Shown: one piece after another, positions 37,888-48,173 of the stretch
Layout: each line of letters starts with the position of its first letter
Position numbering within the stretch: position 1 is the first letter of the stretch
Source: Thermoproteota archaeon
GTDB lineage: Archaea; Korarchaeota; JAOZGF01; JAOZFZ01
DNA: 64,000 bases
Reading direction: 5' to 3'
Assembly (NCBI GenBank): GCA_027492035.1
Contig: JAOZFT010000035.1
Span: 1-64,000 of the forward strand
Made by a program: the position numbers and the translations under genes
The notes under the pieces: generated by a model
Database searches by the model: none
Told to the model about the DNA's origin: nothing
Seen by the model: the letters and a program-made list of their open reading frames with translations, nothing else

Positions 37888-38820
37888 ATGAAAGAAGTAA
37901 TTGAAGCCCTAGAGAAAATAGGTATTCCAGGCAAGGACTTATATGAACTCCCAACATCCAAAAAAAAATTTCCAGATGGTTGCAACTGGAGAATTGAAAT
38001 CTCAGGTGTTGAAAGGCCATCAGTGCTAGAAACAGTTGTTAAAGAAGCAGAGGAAAGAAACATCCCAGTTCATAGGTTGATAAGTACCGTAATGGGTTCA
38101 ACCCTACTTTCCAAGGAAGAACTTAAAAAATTTGCGGAAAAAGCTGCTGAAGCAGAGGTTGAAGTCATATTGACACCTGGTCCAAGAACTTCTTGGGATA
38201 TTGGGAGACAATTAGTCACCCCTGAAGGCGCATACTCCGGTTTAAGATACCGGGGATCTGATCAATTAACCTACGTGGTAGCTGACATAAAAAGGGGTAT
38301 AGAGATAGGCTTCAGAGGATTCCTCATAGTGGATGAAGGCTTACTCTGGGTTGTTAATGAACTTAGAAAAACCGGGGAAATACCGAAAGACACAAAGTTT
38401 AAAGTTTCAATTTATGCTGGTCATGCTAATCCTGCAGGTGCTAAAGTACTCGAAAAACTTGGTGCAGACACATTTAACCCGGTGGGAGACCTAACATTAC
38501 CAATGATTGCCGCTATAAGAAAAGCAGTAGACATACCCTTAGATCTACACGTTTACCTTTTTGACTCCTTCGGCGGATTCAACAGATTCTATGAATGCCC
38601 AGAATTCGCAAGAATAGCATCTCCATGCTACTTTAAAATAGAGCCAGGAAGCTCAGTTACAAACCTCTACAAACCATGGACAGACCCAAAACTTCTAAAC
38701 TTTCTTGCAAAAGAAAAAGTGAAATACGCAGAAATAATTAAGGAATTAGTAGAGACACATTACCCAGAAGCTAAACTTTCTAAGCAAGGGGCGAAAGATC
38801 TAGCTATACCACAACCATAA
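37888..38820 (+). CDS. U32-peptidase-like TIM-barrel protein of unknown function
   Basis: WRIEISGVE, GFRGFLIVDEG, FKVSI, GADTFNP, ASPCYFK pattern. Confidence 0.6.
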   Translation: MKEVIEALEKIGIPGKDLYELPTSKKKFPDGCNWRIEISGVERPSVLETVVKEAEERNIPVHRLISTVMGSTLLSKEELKKFAEKAAEAEVEVILTPGPRTSWDIGRQLVTPEGAYSGLRYRGSDQLTYVVADIKRGIEIGFRGFLIVDEGLLWVVNELRKTGEIPKDTKFKVSIYAGHANPAGAKVLEKLGADTFNPVGDLTLPMIAAIRKAVDIPLDLHVYLFDSFGGFNRFYECPEFARIASPCYFKIEPGSSVTNLYKPWTDPKLLNFLAKEKVKYAEIIKELVETHYPEAKLSKQGAKDLAIPQP

Positions 38821-38866
38821 CCCCTCCCTATTTTTCTTTTAAAAAAGGAAACTTTGGCGGTAAAAA

Positions 38867-40282
38867 GTGGCGAAAACAAAATACACTCTTCAAGACATAC
38901 TTTTTCCAAAAACAGTTGCGGTAATAGGTGCTTCAAGAAACCTTTCAAAAGCAGGCACAATTATTCTAAAAAACCTTTTGAATCACGGTTTTAAAGGTAA
39001 AATCTACCCTGTTAATCCTAAAGCAGAAGAAATACTTGGGTTAAAAACTTACAAAGAAATCGGGGAGATACCCGAAAAAGTTGATGTGGCAGTTGTGGCT
39101 GTTAAAGCTGAAAAAGTGCCCAAAATAATGGAGGAATGTGTCAAAAAAGGTGTTAAGGGCACAGTAATAATTTCTTCAGGTTTCGCTGAAGAAGGAAGAA
39201 AAGATTTAGAAGAAGAAATACTGAAGATAGCTAAAAGGAAAGGGTTAAGGATAATAGGGCCCAACACAACAGGGGTCTATAACACAGAAAATAACTTCAT
39301 AACCTCTTTTGTACAGTTAATCAAGTCTGGAAAAGGAGACATAGCGTTCATTGCTCAAACAGGTCTGTTCCTAGGTTTTCAACTGGAACACTTATTAACC
39401 CATGAAAAACTAAAACTAAGCAAAGTAATTGGTTTAGGAAATAAATGCGACATAGATGATGCTGAAGCCTTAAATTACTTAAGAAAAGATAAACAAACAA
39501 AGGTTGTGGCAATTTACTTAGAAGGATTAAAAGACGGCAGAAAATTTCTTGAAGAAGCAAAAAAAACCTCAGCTTCAAAACCAATCATAATACTTAAATC
39601 AGGAATTACTCCAGAAGGTTCAAAAGTAGCTCTTTCACATACAGGGTCACTTACAGGTAAAAAGGAAGTATTTAATGCTGCTTGCAAACAAGCTGGTTTA
39701 ATTCAAGTAAAAACATTCACAGAAATGACAACTTTATTGAAATCCTTTTCAAAACTTCCGCTTCCGAAAGGAAACAAACTTGCGGTCATGAGTGTAACAG
39801 GTGCGGGGTGTGTGTTAGCCGCAGATTATGTCTCCTCAACAAACCTAAAAATAACTCCTCTATCCAAAAAAACAGTTACTCACCTACAATCCAAATCACC
39901 TAATTGGCACAAAGTAAAAAATCCTGTTGACATGTGGCCGATCCTGGAAAAAATAGGCATAGAAGAGGGATACAAGGAAATTCTATACTCTCTCTACAGA
40001 GATAAAAAAGTAGATAACATACTCATCGTCTTTGGGGACATGAAAAAACTAGAAGCCTCAATAAGTAATGTTAAGCCCCCATGGAAAAACAAACCAAAGA
40101 AACCTATAGTGGCTACATTAACAGGTTACAGAAGCAAAGTCGAAAGAACTAAAGAAGAACTTGAGAAACAAGGGATACCGGTTTACCATGACATAAGGGA
40201 CTCTGTTTTCGCCCTCTCCAAACTTTATCAATACAAGAAATATAAAGAAAAAAATAAAGAATCAGCAAAGAGGGAAAAGTAA
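38867..40282 (+). CDS. Acyl-CoA ligase (ADP-forming) alpha-subunit paralog
   Basis: AVIGAS, IGPNT, QTG, SHTGSLTG, NPVD. Confidence 0.88.
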   Translation: MAKTKYTLQDILFPKTVAVIGASRNLSKAGTIILKNLLNHGFKGKIYPVNPKAEEILGLKTYKEIGEIPEKVDVAVVAVKAEKVPKIMEECVKKGVKGTVIISSGFAEEGRKDLEEEILKIAKRKGLRIIGPNTTGVYNTENNFITSFVQLIKSGKGDIAFIAQTGLFLGFQLEHLLTHEKLKLSKVIGLGNKCDIDDAEALNYLRKDKQTKVVAIYLEGLKDGRKFLEEAKKTSASKPIIILKSGITPEGSKVALSHTGSLTGKKEVFNAACKQAGLIQVKTFTEMTTLLKSFSKLPLPKGNKLAVMSVTGAGCVLAADYVSSTNLKITPLSKKTVTHLQSKSPNWHKVKNPVDMWPILEKIGIEEGYKEILYSLYRDKKVDNILIVFGDMKKLEASISNVKPPWKNKPKKPIVATLTGYRSKVERTKEELEKQGIPVYHDIRDSVFALSKLYQYKKYKEKNKESAKREK

Positions 40283-40463
40283 AATTCGCATCTCTAACGA
40301 ATTATAATTTTTCCCAAAGAAATCACTTTATTTTTAGTAAAAAATACCTATTTAAACATTACAGTCATAATACATAAATAAATTTATAAATGCGAAAAGT
40401 ATTTTATTTCTTAAATTTCCCCAGTTTTCAACTGTTCAATTCCTGGAAAGGGAAGGATCTCTA

Positions 40464-42917
40464 ATGGTTGCCCACTACGGTGTTCAGCAAGTAAAAAATA
40501 GAAATAAATCATTGGAGAAAGAGTTTATAAGCATGATCATAAAGAAAGGAATAAGTAAGTTAGAGGAAGAATATCCACTACCTCGCCACACGGAGAAAAA
40601 TGCTTTCATATTAACTGACTCATCCGGTAAAATATTGGCTGCAAACGAAAACATTGAAAAAATTCTGAAATACAATGAAACTGAATTGTTAGGAAGAAGT
40701 TTCCTCTCCCTTTTCACTCCACAAATTCAAGGGCATTTATTAGCTGTTTTTAACTCCTTATCAGCTATATCAACAAAAACAGGTAGAGAATTTTCAGTAC
40801 TTCTTTCTTCTTTCGAATTAATGGATAAAAATGGTTCAAAGATCCCAATTAAAACATATCTTGCTCAGCTAAATCTTAACAACAAGAAATATTTTCTTTT
40901 CCTTTTTAAAAAGGATTCAAAAAAACAAGAAAAAATTGAAAAAACAAAGAAAATCACGGAAAGAATAAGTAGCTATGCATATAACATACTTGACTTCTTC
41001 CCAGAAGCCACAATACTCTTTGATGCAGAAGGGAAAATAATCTACTGTAACAATGCAGCTAAAGAAATTTTGGGGTACGAAAAAAATGAATTGATAGGTA
41101 AGAAAATAACTTCACTTTTCTCAAAAAAATACCGAAAATGGTTTGAAGAAAAACATCTCCCCTTTCTTAGAAGCCTGAAATTTTTTAAACCTCATTATCA
41201 TTTAGAAAAGGAGGTTGTTACAAAAGATGGAGAAACTATCAAAATGGAAACACGGGTTTCAATTCCCAAACACACAGACAAAAAAGACTTTTTAGGCATC
41301 GTCACACTTAAACCCATTTTCTCAATTAAGACGGGCAAAATTCTTTTGCCAAGTGGAAAAGAATTGAAGGAAACATCAGAAGCATTCAAAGAACTGCTGT
41401 TGACAAGCTTGGATCATGCAAACTACGGCCTAATAATTTTAAACCCTAAAATGAAAATTGTTTGGGTAAACAAATGGATTGAAAGATTTTATGGTTTGAA
41501 AAAGGAAGAAACGATAGGGAGAGGCAAAAAAGAAATCATTAAAGAGAAAATTAAATGGTTTTTTGAAAACCCAGACGAATTTGAACGTAGAATACTGGAA
41601 ACCTACGAAAAAAACCTTTACTTAAGCAAAGCAATATTCCATGTTTTACCTGGGGAGAAAAGGATGGATAAGTACGTAGAATACTCTAGCTATCCAATAA
41701 CTGCAGGAGATTTCCAAGGTGGAAGAATAGAAATTTACTATGATGTAACAGAAAGAGTGGAAAAGGAGAGGGAACTTGAGCAACTTAAAGAATTTAATGA
41801 GAGAATAGTTGAGAGTTTGAATGAAGGGTTATTGTTGGAAAATGAGAAGGGGAAAATAATTTTTGTTAACTCAAAACTCTGTGAAATGCTTGGGTACAAT
41901 GAGAAAGAATTAATAAATCATCACTGGTCAAAAATAGTCCCTGAAAAATACTTGAAAATTGTCCAGGAGGAAACTGATAAGAGGCCCTATGGCGTGGCTA
42001 GCACATATGAAACTTTCCTCTTAACTAAGGAAGGAAAAGAAATCCCGGTAATTGTTTCAGCCACTCCTTTATTTGAAAATGGAGTATATAAAGGCGTGAT
42101 ATCTTCACTTATAGAAATAAAGGAGAGGAAAGAACTGGAGGAGAAGTTAAGGAAAAGTTATGAGGAATTGTCCAGCTTTGCTCACCATGTTTCCCATGAA
42201 TTGAAAGAACCCTTAAGGAGCATGACTCTTTTTTCAATCTGTTTAAAGGAAAAACTTGAAAAAATAGACGTGGATCAAGTTTTGCGCAAAGAAATGGATG
42301 ACTACCTTTCAAGGGTAATTAAAGCTGGTAAAAGATTAAATGCAATGGTTAATGAGACCCTGAAACTAGCTTCTGTAGAAGCTGAAACTGAACCTCCTGA
42401 ACCAATTGACTTAAATGAATTATTAAATGATGTTCTTTTCGACCTTGAAGCGTTAATAAGGGAAAAAAATGCTAAAATAGTTGTGGAAAAACCATTACCT
42501 AAAATAATGGGTAGGAAAACACAAATATGTGAAGTTTTCCAAAACCTGGTCAGCAACGCTTTAAAATTCAATGATAAACCAAACCCCAGAGTTGAAATAG
42601 GTTATAGAAAAGAAAACATGCACAGCGTGTTCTATGTAAAAGATAATGGGATAGGAATGAAGGAAGAGGACATAACCAAAATATTCATTCCTTTTCTAAG
42701 GTTAAAAAATAGTAGAGAGTATCCGGGGACAGGTCTTGGTTTATCTGTAGTTAAGAAAATAATTGAGAGGCATAACGGTAAAATATGGGTTGAAAGCCAA
42801 CCCGGGAAGGGAAGCACGTTCTTTTTTACACTTCCATCCGCCCTACTCAAAAAGTCCTCGTCCCCCGCCTCTCCGCTCGGGGGGGGGGGTGGTTCTACGC
42901 AAGATAAAAAAAAGTAA
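40464..42917 (+). CDS. Cytoplasmic multi-PAS sensor histidine kinase
   Basis: About four PAS repeats, H-box SHELKEPL, N-box NLVSNALKF, DNGIG, GTGLGL; no TM segment. Confidence 0.93.
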   Translation: MVAHYGVQQVKNRNKSLEKEFISMIIKKGISKLEEEYPLPRHTEKNAFILTDSSGKILAANENIEKILKYNETELLGRSFLSLFTPQIQGHLLAVFNSLSAISTKTGREFSVLLSSFELMDKNGSKIPIKTYLAQLNLNNKKYFLFLFKKDSKKQEKIEKTKKITERISSYAYNILDFFPEATILFDAEGKIIYCNNAAKEILGYEKNELIGKKITSLFSKKYRKWFEEKHLPFLRSLKFFKPHYHLEKEVVTKDGETIKMETRVSIPKHTDKKDFLGIVTLKPIFSIKTGKILLPSGKELKETSEAFKELLLTSLDHANYGLIILNPKMKIVWVNKWIERFYGLKKEETIGRGKKEIIKEKIKWFFENPDEFERRILETYEKNLYLSKAIFHVLPGEKRMDKYVEYSSYPITAGDFQGGRIEIYYDVTERVEKERELEQLKEFNERIVESLNEGLLLENEKGKIIFVNSKLCEMLGYNEKELINHHWSKIVPEKYLKIVQEETDKRPYGVASTYETFLLTKEGKEIPVIVSATPLFENGVYKGVISSLIEIKERKELEEKLRKSYEELSSFAHHVSHELKEPLRSMTLFSICLKEKLEKIDVDQVLRKEMDDYLSRVIKAGKRLNAMVNETLKLASVEAETEPPEPIDLNELLNDVLFDLEALIREKNAKIVVEKPLPKIMGRKTQICEVFQNLVSNALKFNDKPNPRVEIGYRKENMHSVFYVKDNGIGMKEEDITKIFIPFLRLKNSREYPGTGLGLSVVKKIIERHNGKIWVESQPGKGSTFFFTLPSALLKKSSSPASPLGGGGGSTQDKKK
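42879..42889 (+). repeat. G11 homopolymer in the 3' end of the kinase gene
   Basis: Seen directly; preceded by a C-rich tract that could pair with it. Confidence 0.8.
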
Positions 42918-43012
42918 CATTTAAAACTACAACACACCTTTACCCTAAAAGCCCACAAAGAAGTATGTTAACAACTTTTTAAAAATGCAGTTAAGGTTTT
43001 AGAGGCAAAAAG

Positions 43013-43348
43013 ATGTTTTATTTTCTTTCTTTCAGCTTGTCCTCCAGAATAGCCAATTTATTGATTTCTTGGTTCATTTTAGCAATCGCTGTCTGGTTAA
43101 GTCAAAAACTTGTATTAATTAAAGAAAAAGAAAAGGGGTTTTTATCCTGCCTATTTTTATCTCTTGCAGGGAATCTAGTAGGTTCTGTGTTGATTTGGAT
43201 TCATCCATTGGGAACAGTATTGGTTGCTTTTATCTGGGTTTTACTTATAAAAGTTTGGTTTGAAACTGGATGGCTTCAAGCAATAGTTATAGCTGCTGTA
43301 GCTTGGGTAGTGGAAATAGTGATAAGCCGCCTAAAGATTCATTTTTAA
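43013..43348 (+). CDS. Small four-TM membrane protein
   Basis: Hydrophobic; IKVWFETGWLQAIVIA motif. Confidence 0.65.
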   Translation: MFYFLSFSLSSRIANLLISWFILAIAVWLSQKLVLIKEKEKGFLSCLFLSLAGNLVGSVLIWIHPLGTVLVAFIWVLLIKVWFETGWLQAIVIAAVAWVVEIVISRLKIHF

Positions 43349-44238
43349 ATCATTCTTTCAATGTTAAACTCTGCAAGTTTAATGAGTTTCTCTTTAGCTT
43401 GGCAATTCGTAAACGTGTTCAATGAATTCAAAGCCTTTCTTGTGTACTCCAAAGTTTTTTCTGAAGCCCTCTTCAAAGCTTCCTCTAAACTAAGCCCCTT
43501 TCTTTTGAGCAGTAAAGGGTAGGAGGGTCTACCTAAAACCAAATCCCTCAATGAGTCCTTTCCTGTCTGAAGAGAATTGTTTGAAAAATCTAGAATGTCA
43601 TCCTTTATTTGGAAAGCTACTCCTAAATTTAGACCGTAACTTCTTAAAGCCTGAAGTTCCTTTTGGCTACCTCCACCTAGAATTCCTCCTGAAACAGCTG
43701 AGGCTTTAAAAAGTTCAGCTGTTTTTTTAAAAGCTACTCTCAAGTAATCTTCTTCATTGAAACCGTTTCCCACTGTAGAAATAGAATCCAAATATTCACC
43801 TTCACACAATATCTTCGTGGCATGGCTTAATATAGCAAACACCTTTCTCATTTTCTTCAAGTCAGGGATGTTAAGGATTGATCTCACCACCTCTGAAAGC
43901 ACAAAGTCAGCAAGCAAAATAGCTGTAGTTAACCCATACCTTTTGTGAAAAGCAATTTTTCCTCTTCTGAAAGCAGCCATATCTATTATGTCATCGTGTA
44001 TCAAGGAAGATGCATGAATCAATTCCACAGCCAAAGCAGCAGGTAAAGCTGATTTAGCCTCTCCACCAACTATCTCAGCTGAAGCCAGCGCAATCGACGG
44101 CCGCATCCTTTTCCCAGTGGACAAAAAGAAATCCTTAAAAAGGGAACCTAAGGCATGTTTAGACCAACTGCGTACCTTTTCTTCTGCATACCTTTGAAAC
44201 ATTTTAATTTCTTCAGAAAAGATTTCTTGCAGCATCAT
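43345..44238 (-). CDS. Polyprenyl diphosphate synthase (GGPP synthase-like)
   Basis: GKRMRP, HDDIID..FRRG, KTA, FQIKDDILD. Confidence 0.92.
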   Translation of the reverse strand: MMLQEIFSEEIKMFQRYAEEKVRSWSKHALGSLFKDFFLSTGKRMRPSIALASAEIVGGEAKSALPAALAVELIHASSLIHDDIIDMAAFRRGKIAFHKRYGLTTAILLADFVLSEVVRSILNIPDLKKMRKVFAILSHATKILCEGEYLDSISTVGNGFNEEDYLRVAFKKTAELFKASAVSGGILGGGSQKELQALRSYGLNLGVAFQIKDDILDFSNNSLQTGKDSLRDLVLGRPSYPLLLKRKGLSLEEALKRASEKTLEYTRKALNSLNTFTNCQAKEKLIKLAEFNIERMI

Positions 44239-44658
44239 TTGTTAGCATCTTCCTTTTCATTTCTTCCTAACTTTAACATACTTTAAAATACTTCTTTAAA
44301 GAGAAATCTATCATAGAGATTCCTTCAAGAAACCAACTTTTTAAATTTTTACTTTCTTAAAAACAAAAGGTTTTGTGTAGAGTTAAATTCCATATTTTTA
44401 TGGAAAAGGAAAGAGTAGTAACGTTTCTAAAATGAAAATTTGAAGACTCGTTAACAGTTAATTGTGTTTCTGATCAAGGGACTACTCCCTTTTAAAAGAG
44501 AACAATTGATCACTTAAAATTTAAAGAAAGATTCTGAAAAAGAAAAATATTCCCTTGTTTAATAAATTGCTCTCCTAAATTTAGTCGATAACTTTATTTA
44601 ATGAAAAAATCATAATGTAATTTATAACATAAAAAATTTCCCTTAAAAACAAAATTTA

Positions 44659-44970
44659 GTGGTTGAATTGGTTCAAAAATTAATTCAAAACACGGAGTTA
44701 AAAAAACTGGCTTTTTTCTTGAAAGCTTTAGGGAACCCCACTAGACTAAAAATTCTTTTTCTAGTAGCTAACTCTGAAAAGCCTTTACATATTAAAGCGG
44801 TTGTTAAGAAGTTGGGAATGGACTACGCAGCGACCTATAGACACATTAAAATGCTTGAAAAGGCACAAATAATAAAAATATTTGAAGTTGGAAGGTCTCG
44901 GGTTCTGGCTGTAAATAAATCAAGAGAAATATTCCAAGTCTTAGATTACGTTAAAAAATGTGTATCTTAA
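44659..44970 (+). CDS. ArsR/SmtB family winged-HTH regulator
   Basis: LKALGNPTRLKIL...YRHIKMLEKAQII. Confidence 0.88.
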   Translation: MVELVQKLIQNTELKKLAFFLKALGNPTRLKILFLVANSEKPLHIKAVVKKLGMDYAATYRHIKMLEKAQIIKIFEVGRSRVLAVNKSREIFQVLDYVKKCVS

Positions 44971-45221
44971 CATTATTTACTTTTCCTTGGGTAACATGAA
45001 TTCACTCTTCTAAATCACTTTATTAACTTCAACATAGAACTAGAAGGTTTCTTCTTGGGAACAAGGGTCCCTTAACATTCAGTTGCTACTCTTAAACCGC
45101 ACCTATTGTTTCTGTGTTTTTCAACGGAATTATGACTTTTATTTTAAATTTTTCATGCGTAAAATTTAAATAATATATGCCTTTGTGAATAATTATTTTG
45201 CCATAAATTGTAAATTGGGGT

Positions 45222-45779
45222 TTGATAATGGCTAGGAACAGTAAAGAATTAAAAGGCTCTGAAGTGAAAAAGTTGACTTTAATTTCTGTGTTAGCTGCCC
45301 TTTCGGTTGTTTTGAAATTTTCCCCCTTAAAAATCCCGTTTCCTTTGCTTCCATATATAAAATTCGACTTAATTGAGCTTCCGCTGCTATTTGCTTTCTT
45401 TGTTTTAGGTTTACGTCTAAGCTTAGTCGGAGGAGTTGTCATGGGCTTCTCAATAGCTGTTTTCAATCCTGGAAGTGCTTTCATGAAATTCTTAGCTTTT
45501 ACTTCTACAATGCTTCCGCTCACCTTTTTCTGGAGAAACAATAAATGGTTAAGAAATAAATACCTTGGTTATCTCTCCTCTGTCCTTTCTAGAGTAGCAA
45601 TTATGGCAGTAGCAAATCTTTTAATAACCCCCCTTATCCATAATATACCTGTAGAATTTGTCCTAAAAATATTGCCTTTTATTTGCTTGTTTAATTTAGT
45701 AGCTGCAAGTTACAATGTTTTAGGTGGATACTGGATTTACTTAGCTGTGGAAAAACGCATAGGCCGAATTTCTTTCTGA
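45222..45779 (+). CDS. ECF transporter S component
   Basis: LAALSVVL (AxxxA-like), PFPLLPYIKFDLIELP, FNL; RibU/PanT-like. Confidence 0.8.
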   Translation: MIMARNSKELKGSEVKKLTLISVLAALSVVLKFSPLKIPFPLLPYIKFDLIELPLLFAFFVLGLRLSLVGGVVMGFSIAVFNPGSAFMKFLAFTSTMLPLTFFWRNNKWLRNKYLGYLSSVLSRVAIMAVANLLITPLIHNIPVEFVLKILPFICLFNLVAASYNVLGGYWIYLAVEKRIGRISF

Positions 45780-45813
45780 ATGAAAATCCTCATGTAACCA
45801 GCTTCCTGAACTA

Positions 45814-47061
45814 TTAAGTTAATTTTTCTATTTGTTTAAGAACTTCTATAAATTTATCTATTTCATCTTTCGTGTTGTAAAGGTAAAAACTTGCTCTCGT
45901 AGATCCTGAAACAGCCTTTACTTCCTTTAATTCATGCAGAGGCTGTGCGCAATGGAAGCCGCTTCTAACAGCTATTCCCTGTTCATCAAGTAATAAAGCT
46001 GTTTCGTGAGGGCTTAAACCTTCAATATTAAACGATATTATCCCCCCTCTCTCTTCAACGTTTCTGGGTCCATAAATTACTGTTTTTTCAAGTTCCTCCT
46101 CCATCCTTTCCAAGGCATAGGAAGTAAGTTCCTTTTCATGTTTCCTTACATTATCCATTCCTATCTTTTCAAGGTAATCTATTGCTGCACTTAACCCTAC
46201 CCCTCCTGCAATGTTAGGGGTTCCTGCCTCGAATTTCCAAGGCAATTCGTTCCAGTTTATTTTGAACTCTTCTTTTTCGTAATGGACAGAACTTATCATA
46301 TCTCCCCCTCCTAGGAATGGATTCATTTCATCTAAAACATCCCTCCTTCCGTAAAGCACTCCTATACCAGTCGGTCCAAGCATTTTATGTCCACTGAATA
46401 CCAAAAAGTCACAATTCATGTCTTTAACATTTATTTCCATATGAGGAACTGACTGGGCGGCATCAATTAAGGCTAAGGCTCCATGTTCATGAGCTATTTC
46501 ACAAATTTCCTTTACATCATTTATTGTACCTAAAAAATTTGAAACATGAGTTACTGCAACAATTCTTGTCCTATTATTTATTTTTTGTTCAAGTTCATCC
46601 TTTTTAAGTTTCCCTTCACTTGTTACCCCCACTACCTTCACTTTTAGCTTCCTTATTTTTGAAATAAGGTACCAAGGCACAATGTTGCTATGGTGCTCCA
46701 TAACAGTAGTAATTATCTCATCTCCCTCTTTTAGTTTCCATAAACCAAGGGAATAAGCTACTAAATTTATTGCTTCCGTGGTATTCCTTACAAAAATTAT
46801 TTCTCTCCACTTATCAGCCTTTATGAACTTAGCTACTTTTATATGGGCTTCTTCATAAAGTTCAGAAGCTTCTTGGCTCAACAAATGGACTCCTCGGTGG
46901 ATATTAGCATTTTTTTCCCTGTAAAAGTTATTTATTGCTTCAATTACTTGTTTAGGCTTTTGTGAAGTTGCTGTGTTGTCAAAATAAATCAAAGGTTTAC
47001 CTTGAATTTTCCTTTTCAAAATAGGGAAGTCCTCCCTTATTTTCTCAACGTTGCACCCCAT
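45814..47061 (-). CDS. sufS: SufS-type cysteine desulfurase
   Basis: YFDNTATSQKP, EHHSN, SGHKMLGPTG (PLP Lys), RSGFHCAQP. Confidence 0.93.
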   Translation of the reverse strand: MGCNVEKIREDFPILKRKIQGKPLIYFDNTATSQKPKQVIEAINNFYREKNANIHRGVHLLSQEASELYEEAHIKVAKFIKADKWREIIFVRNTTEAINLVAYSLGLWKLKEGDEIITTVMEHHSNIVPWYLISKIRKLKVKVVGVTSEGKLKKDELEQKINNRTRIVAVTHVSNFLGTINDVKEICEIAHEHGALALIDAAQSVPHMEINVKDMNCDFLVFSGHKMLGPTGIGVLYGRRDVLDEMNPFLGGGDMISSVHYEKEEFKINWNELPWKFEAGTPNIAGGVGLSAAIDYLEKIGMDNVRKHEKELTSYALERMEEELEKTVIYGPRNVEERGGIISFNIEGLSPHETALLLDEQGIAVRSGFHCAQPLHELKEVKAVSGSTRASFYLYNTKDEIDKFIEVLKQIEKLT

Positions 47062-47095
47062 AAACTGCCTCTCCTTTCAAACTTTTTGGAAAAGA

Positions 47096-48061
47096 TTAAA
47101 GAAAGCAGTCAGCCATTGCTTTGCAAGAAACGTAAGGCATTTCCTTATCAATTCCTTCAAGGCATGACTGGACAGAAAAAGCCGCTAGTGCTCCATCACC
47201 TACAGCTGATGATATTTGACCAGCTGAAGCTGATCTACAATCACCAGCAGCGAAAATACCAGGTTCTGAAGTCCTCAAATACTTATCAGTCAAAATAAAC
47301 CCCTTTTCATCCTTCTTTACATCTATAAAACCTGTGTTAGGTACTCTCCCAATATAAATGAACAAGGCATCAACTCCAATTATTTTTTCAACATTGTTTT
47401 TTAAATTTTTAACCACTATCCCCCTAACTTCTCCATTTCCAATTATTTCCTTTACTGCTGTGTTCCAAATGAATTGTATCTTTTTATTTTGTAAAGCTTT
47501 TTCGCGCAAAACTTTCTGGGCTTTAAGTTCGTTTCTTCTGTGGATCAGCAAAACCTTCTTAGCTATTTTAGTTAGGAACAATGCTTCAGTGACAGCTGCA
47601 TCACCGCCACCCACTACTGCAACTTCTTTATTCTTGAAGAAGGGTCCATCACAAGTTGCACAGTAAGAAACTCCCCTACCTAAAAATTCCTTTTCTCCCT
47701 TAACTCCAAGTTTTTTCGGCTCTGAACCAGAAGCAACAATTACTGTTAACCCCTTTACTTCACCCATGTTTGTTTCAATCACTTTTTCATTTCGTTGAGT
47801 AAGTTTCACTTTCGTGACTTCAGCTGTAACTATTTTTAACCCAAGCTTTTTCGCTTGAACTTCCATTTTTTTAGCTAATTCAGGTCCTGAAATAGATAAA
47901 TACCCGGGATAATTCTCTATTTTTTCAGTTAAATTCATTTGTCCACCCAAGACAGGTGACCTATCAACTAGAACTGCATCAAAACCAGCTCTGCATAAAT
48001 ATATTCCAGCAGTTAACCCTGCAGGTCCTCCACCAATAATAACTGCGTCATGTAAAAACAT
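47096..48061 (-). CDS. trxB: Thioredoxin-disulfide reductase
   Basis: GGGPAG, CATCDG, GGGDAA, HRR, AAGD. Confidence 0.92.
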   Translation of the reverse strand: MFLHDAVIIGGGPAGLTAGIYLCRAGFDAVLVDRSPVLGGQMNLTEKIENYPGYLSISGPELAKKMEVQAKKLGLKIVTAEVTKVKLTQRNEKVIETNMGEVKGLTVIVASGSEPKKLGVKGEKEFLGRGVSYCATCDGPFFKNKEVAVVGGGDAAVTEALFLTKIAKKVLLIHRRNELKAQKVLREKALQNKKIQFIWNTAVKEIIGNGEVRGIVVKNLKNNVEKIIGVDALFIYIGRVPNTGFIDVKKDEKGFILTDKYLRTSEPGIFAAGDCRSASAGQISSAVGDGALAAFSVQSCLEGIDKEMPYVSCKAMADCFL

Positions 48062-48173
48062 ATTATCACCCCTTCCAAGTTAAAAAGAGTGAAAATGTAG
48101 TTTTGCTAATTTTTAATTATTCCTCCCTGAAACTAAAAACTTGTTTTCTGGGCAGGTTTCTTTATAAAAGTGT

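Noticed and set aside
37755-38063. 102-aa minus-strand ORF
   Set aside because: Mostly antisense to the U32-like gene; the rest is AT-rich intergenic sequence
42879-42889. Phase-variation switch at the G11 tract
   Set aside because: Downstream of all catalytic motifs; both shifted frames stop within a few codons, so the kinase stays intact
44971-45221. Riboswitch upstream of the ECF S component
   Set aside because: No TPP, FMN or cobalamin consensus elements visible; an Infernal/Rfam scan would settle it
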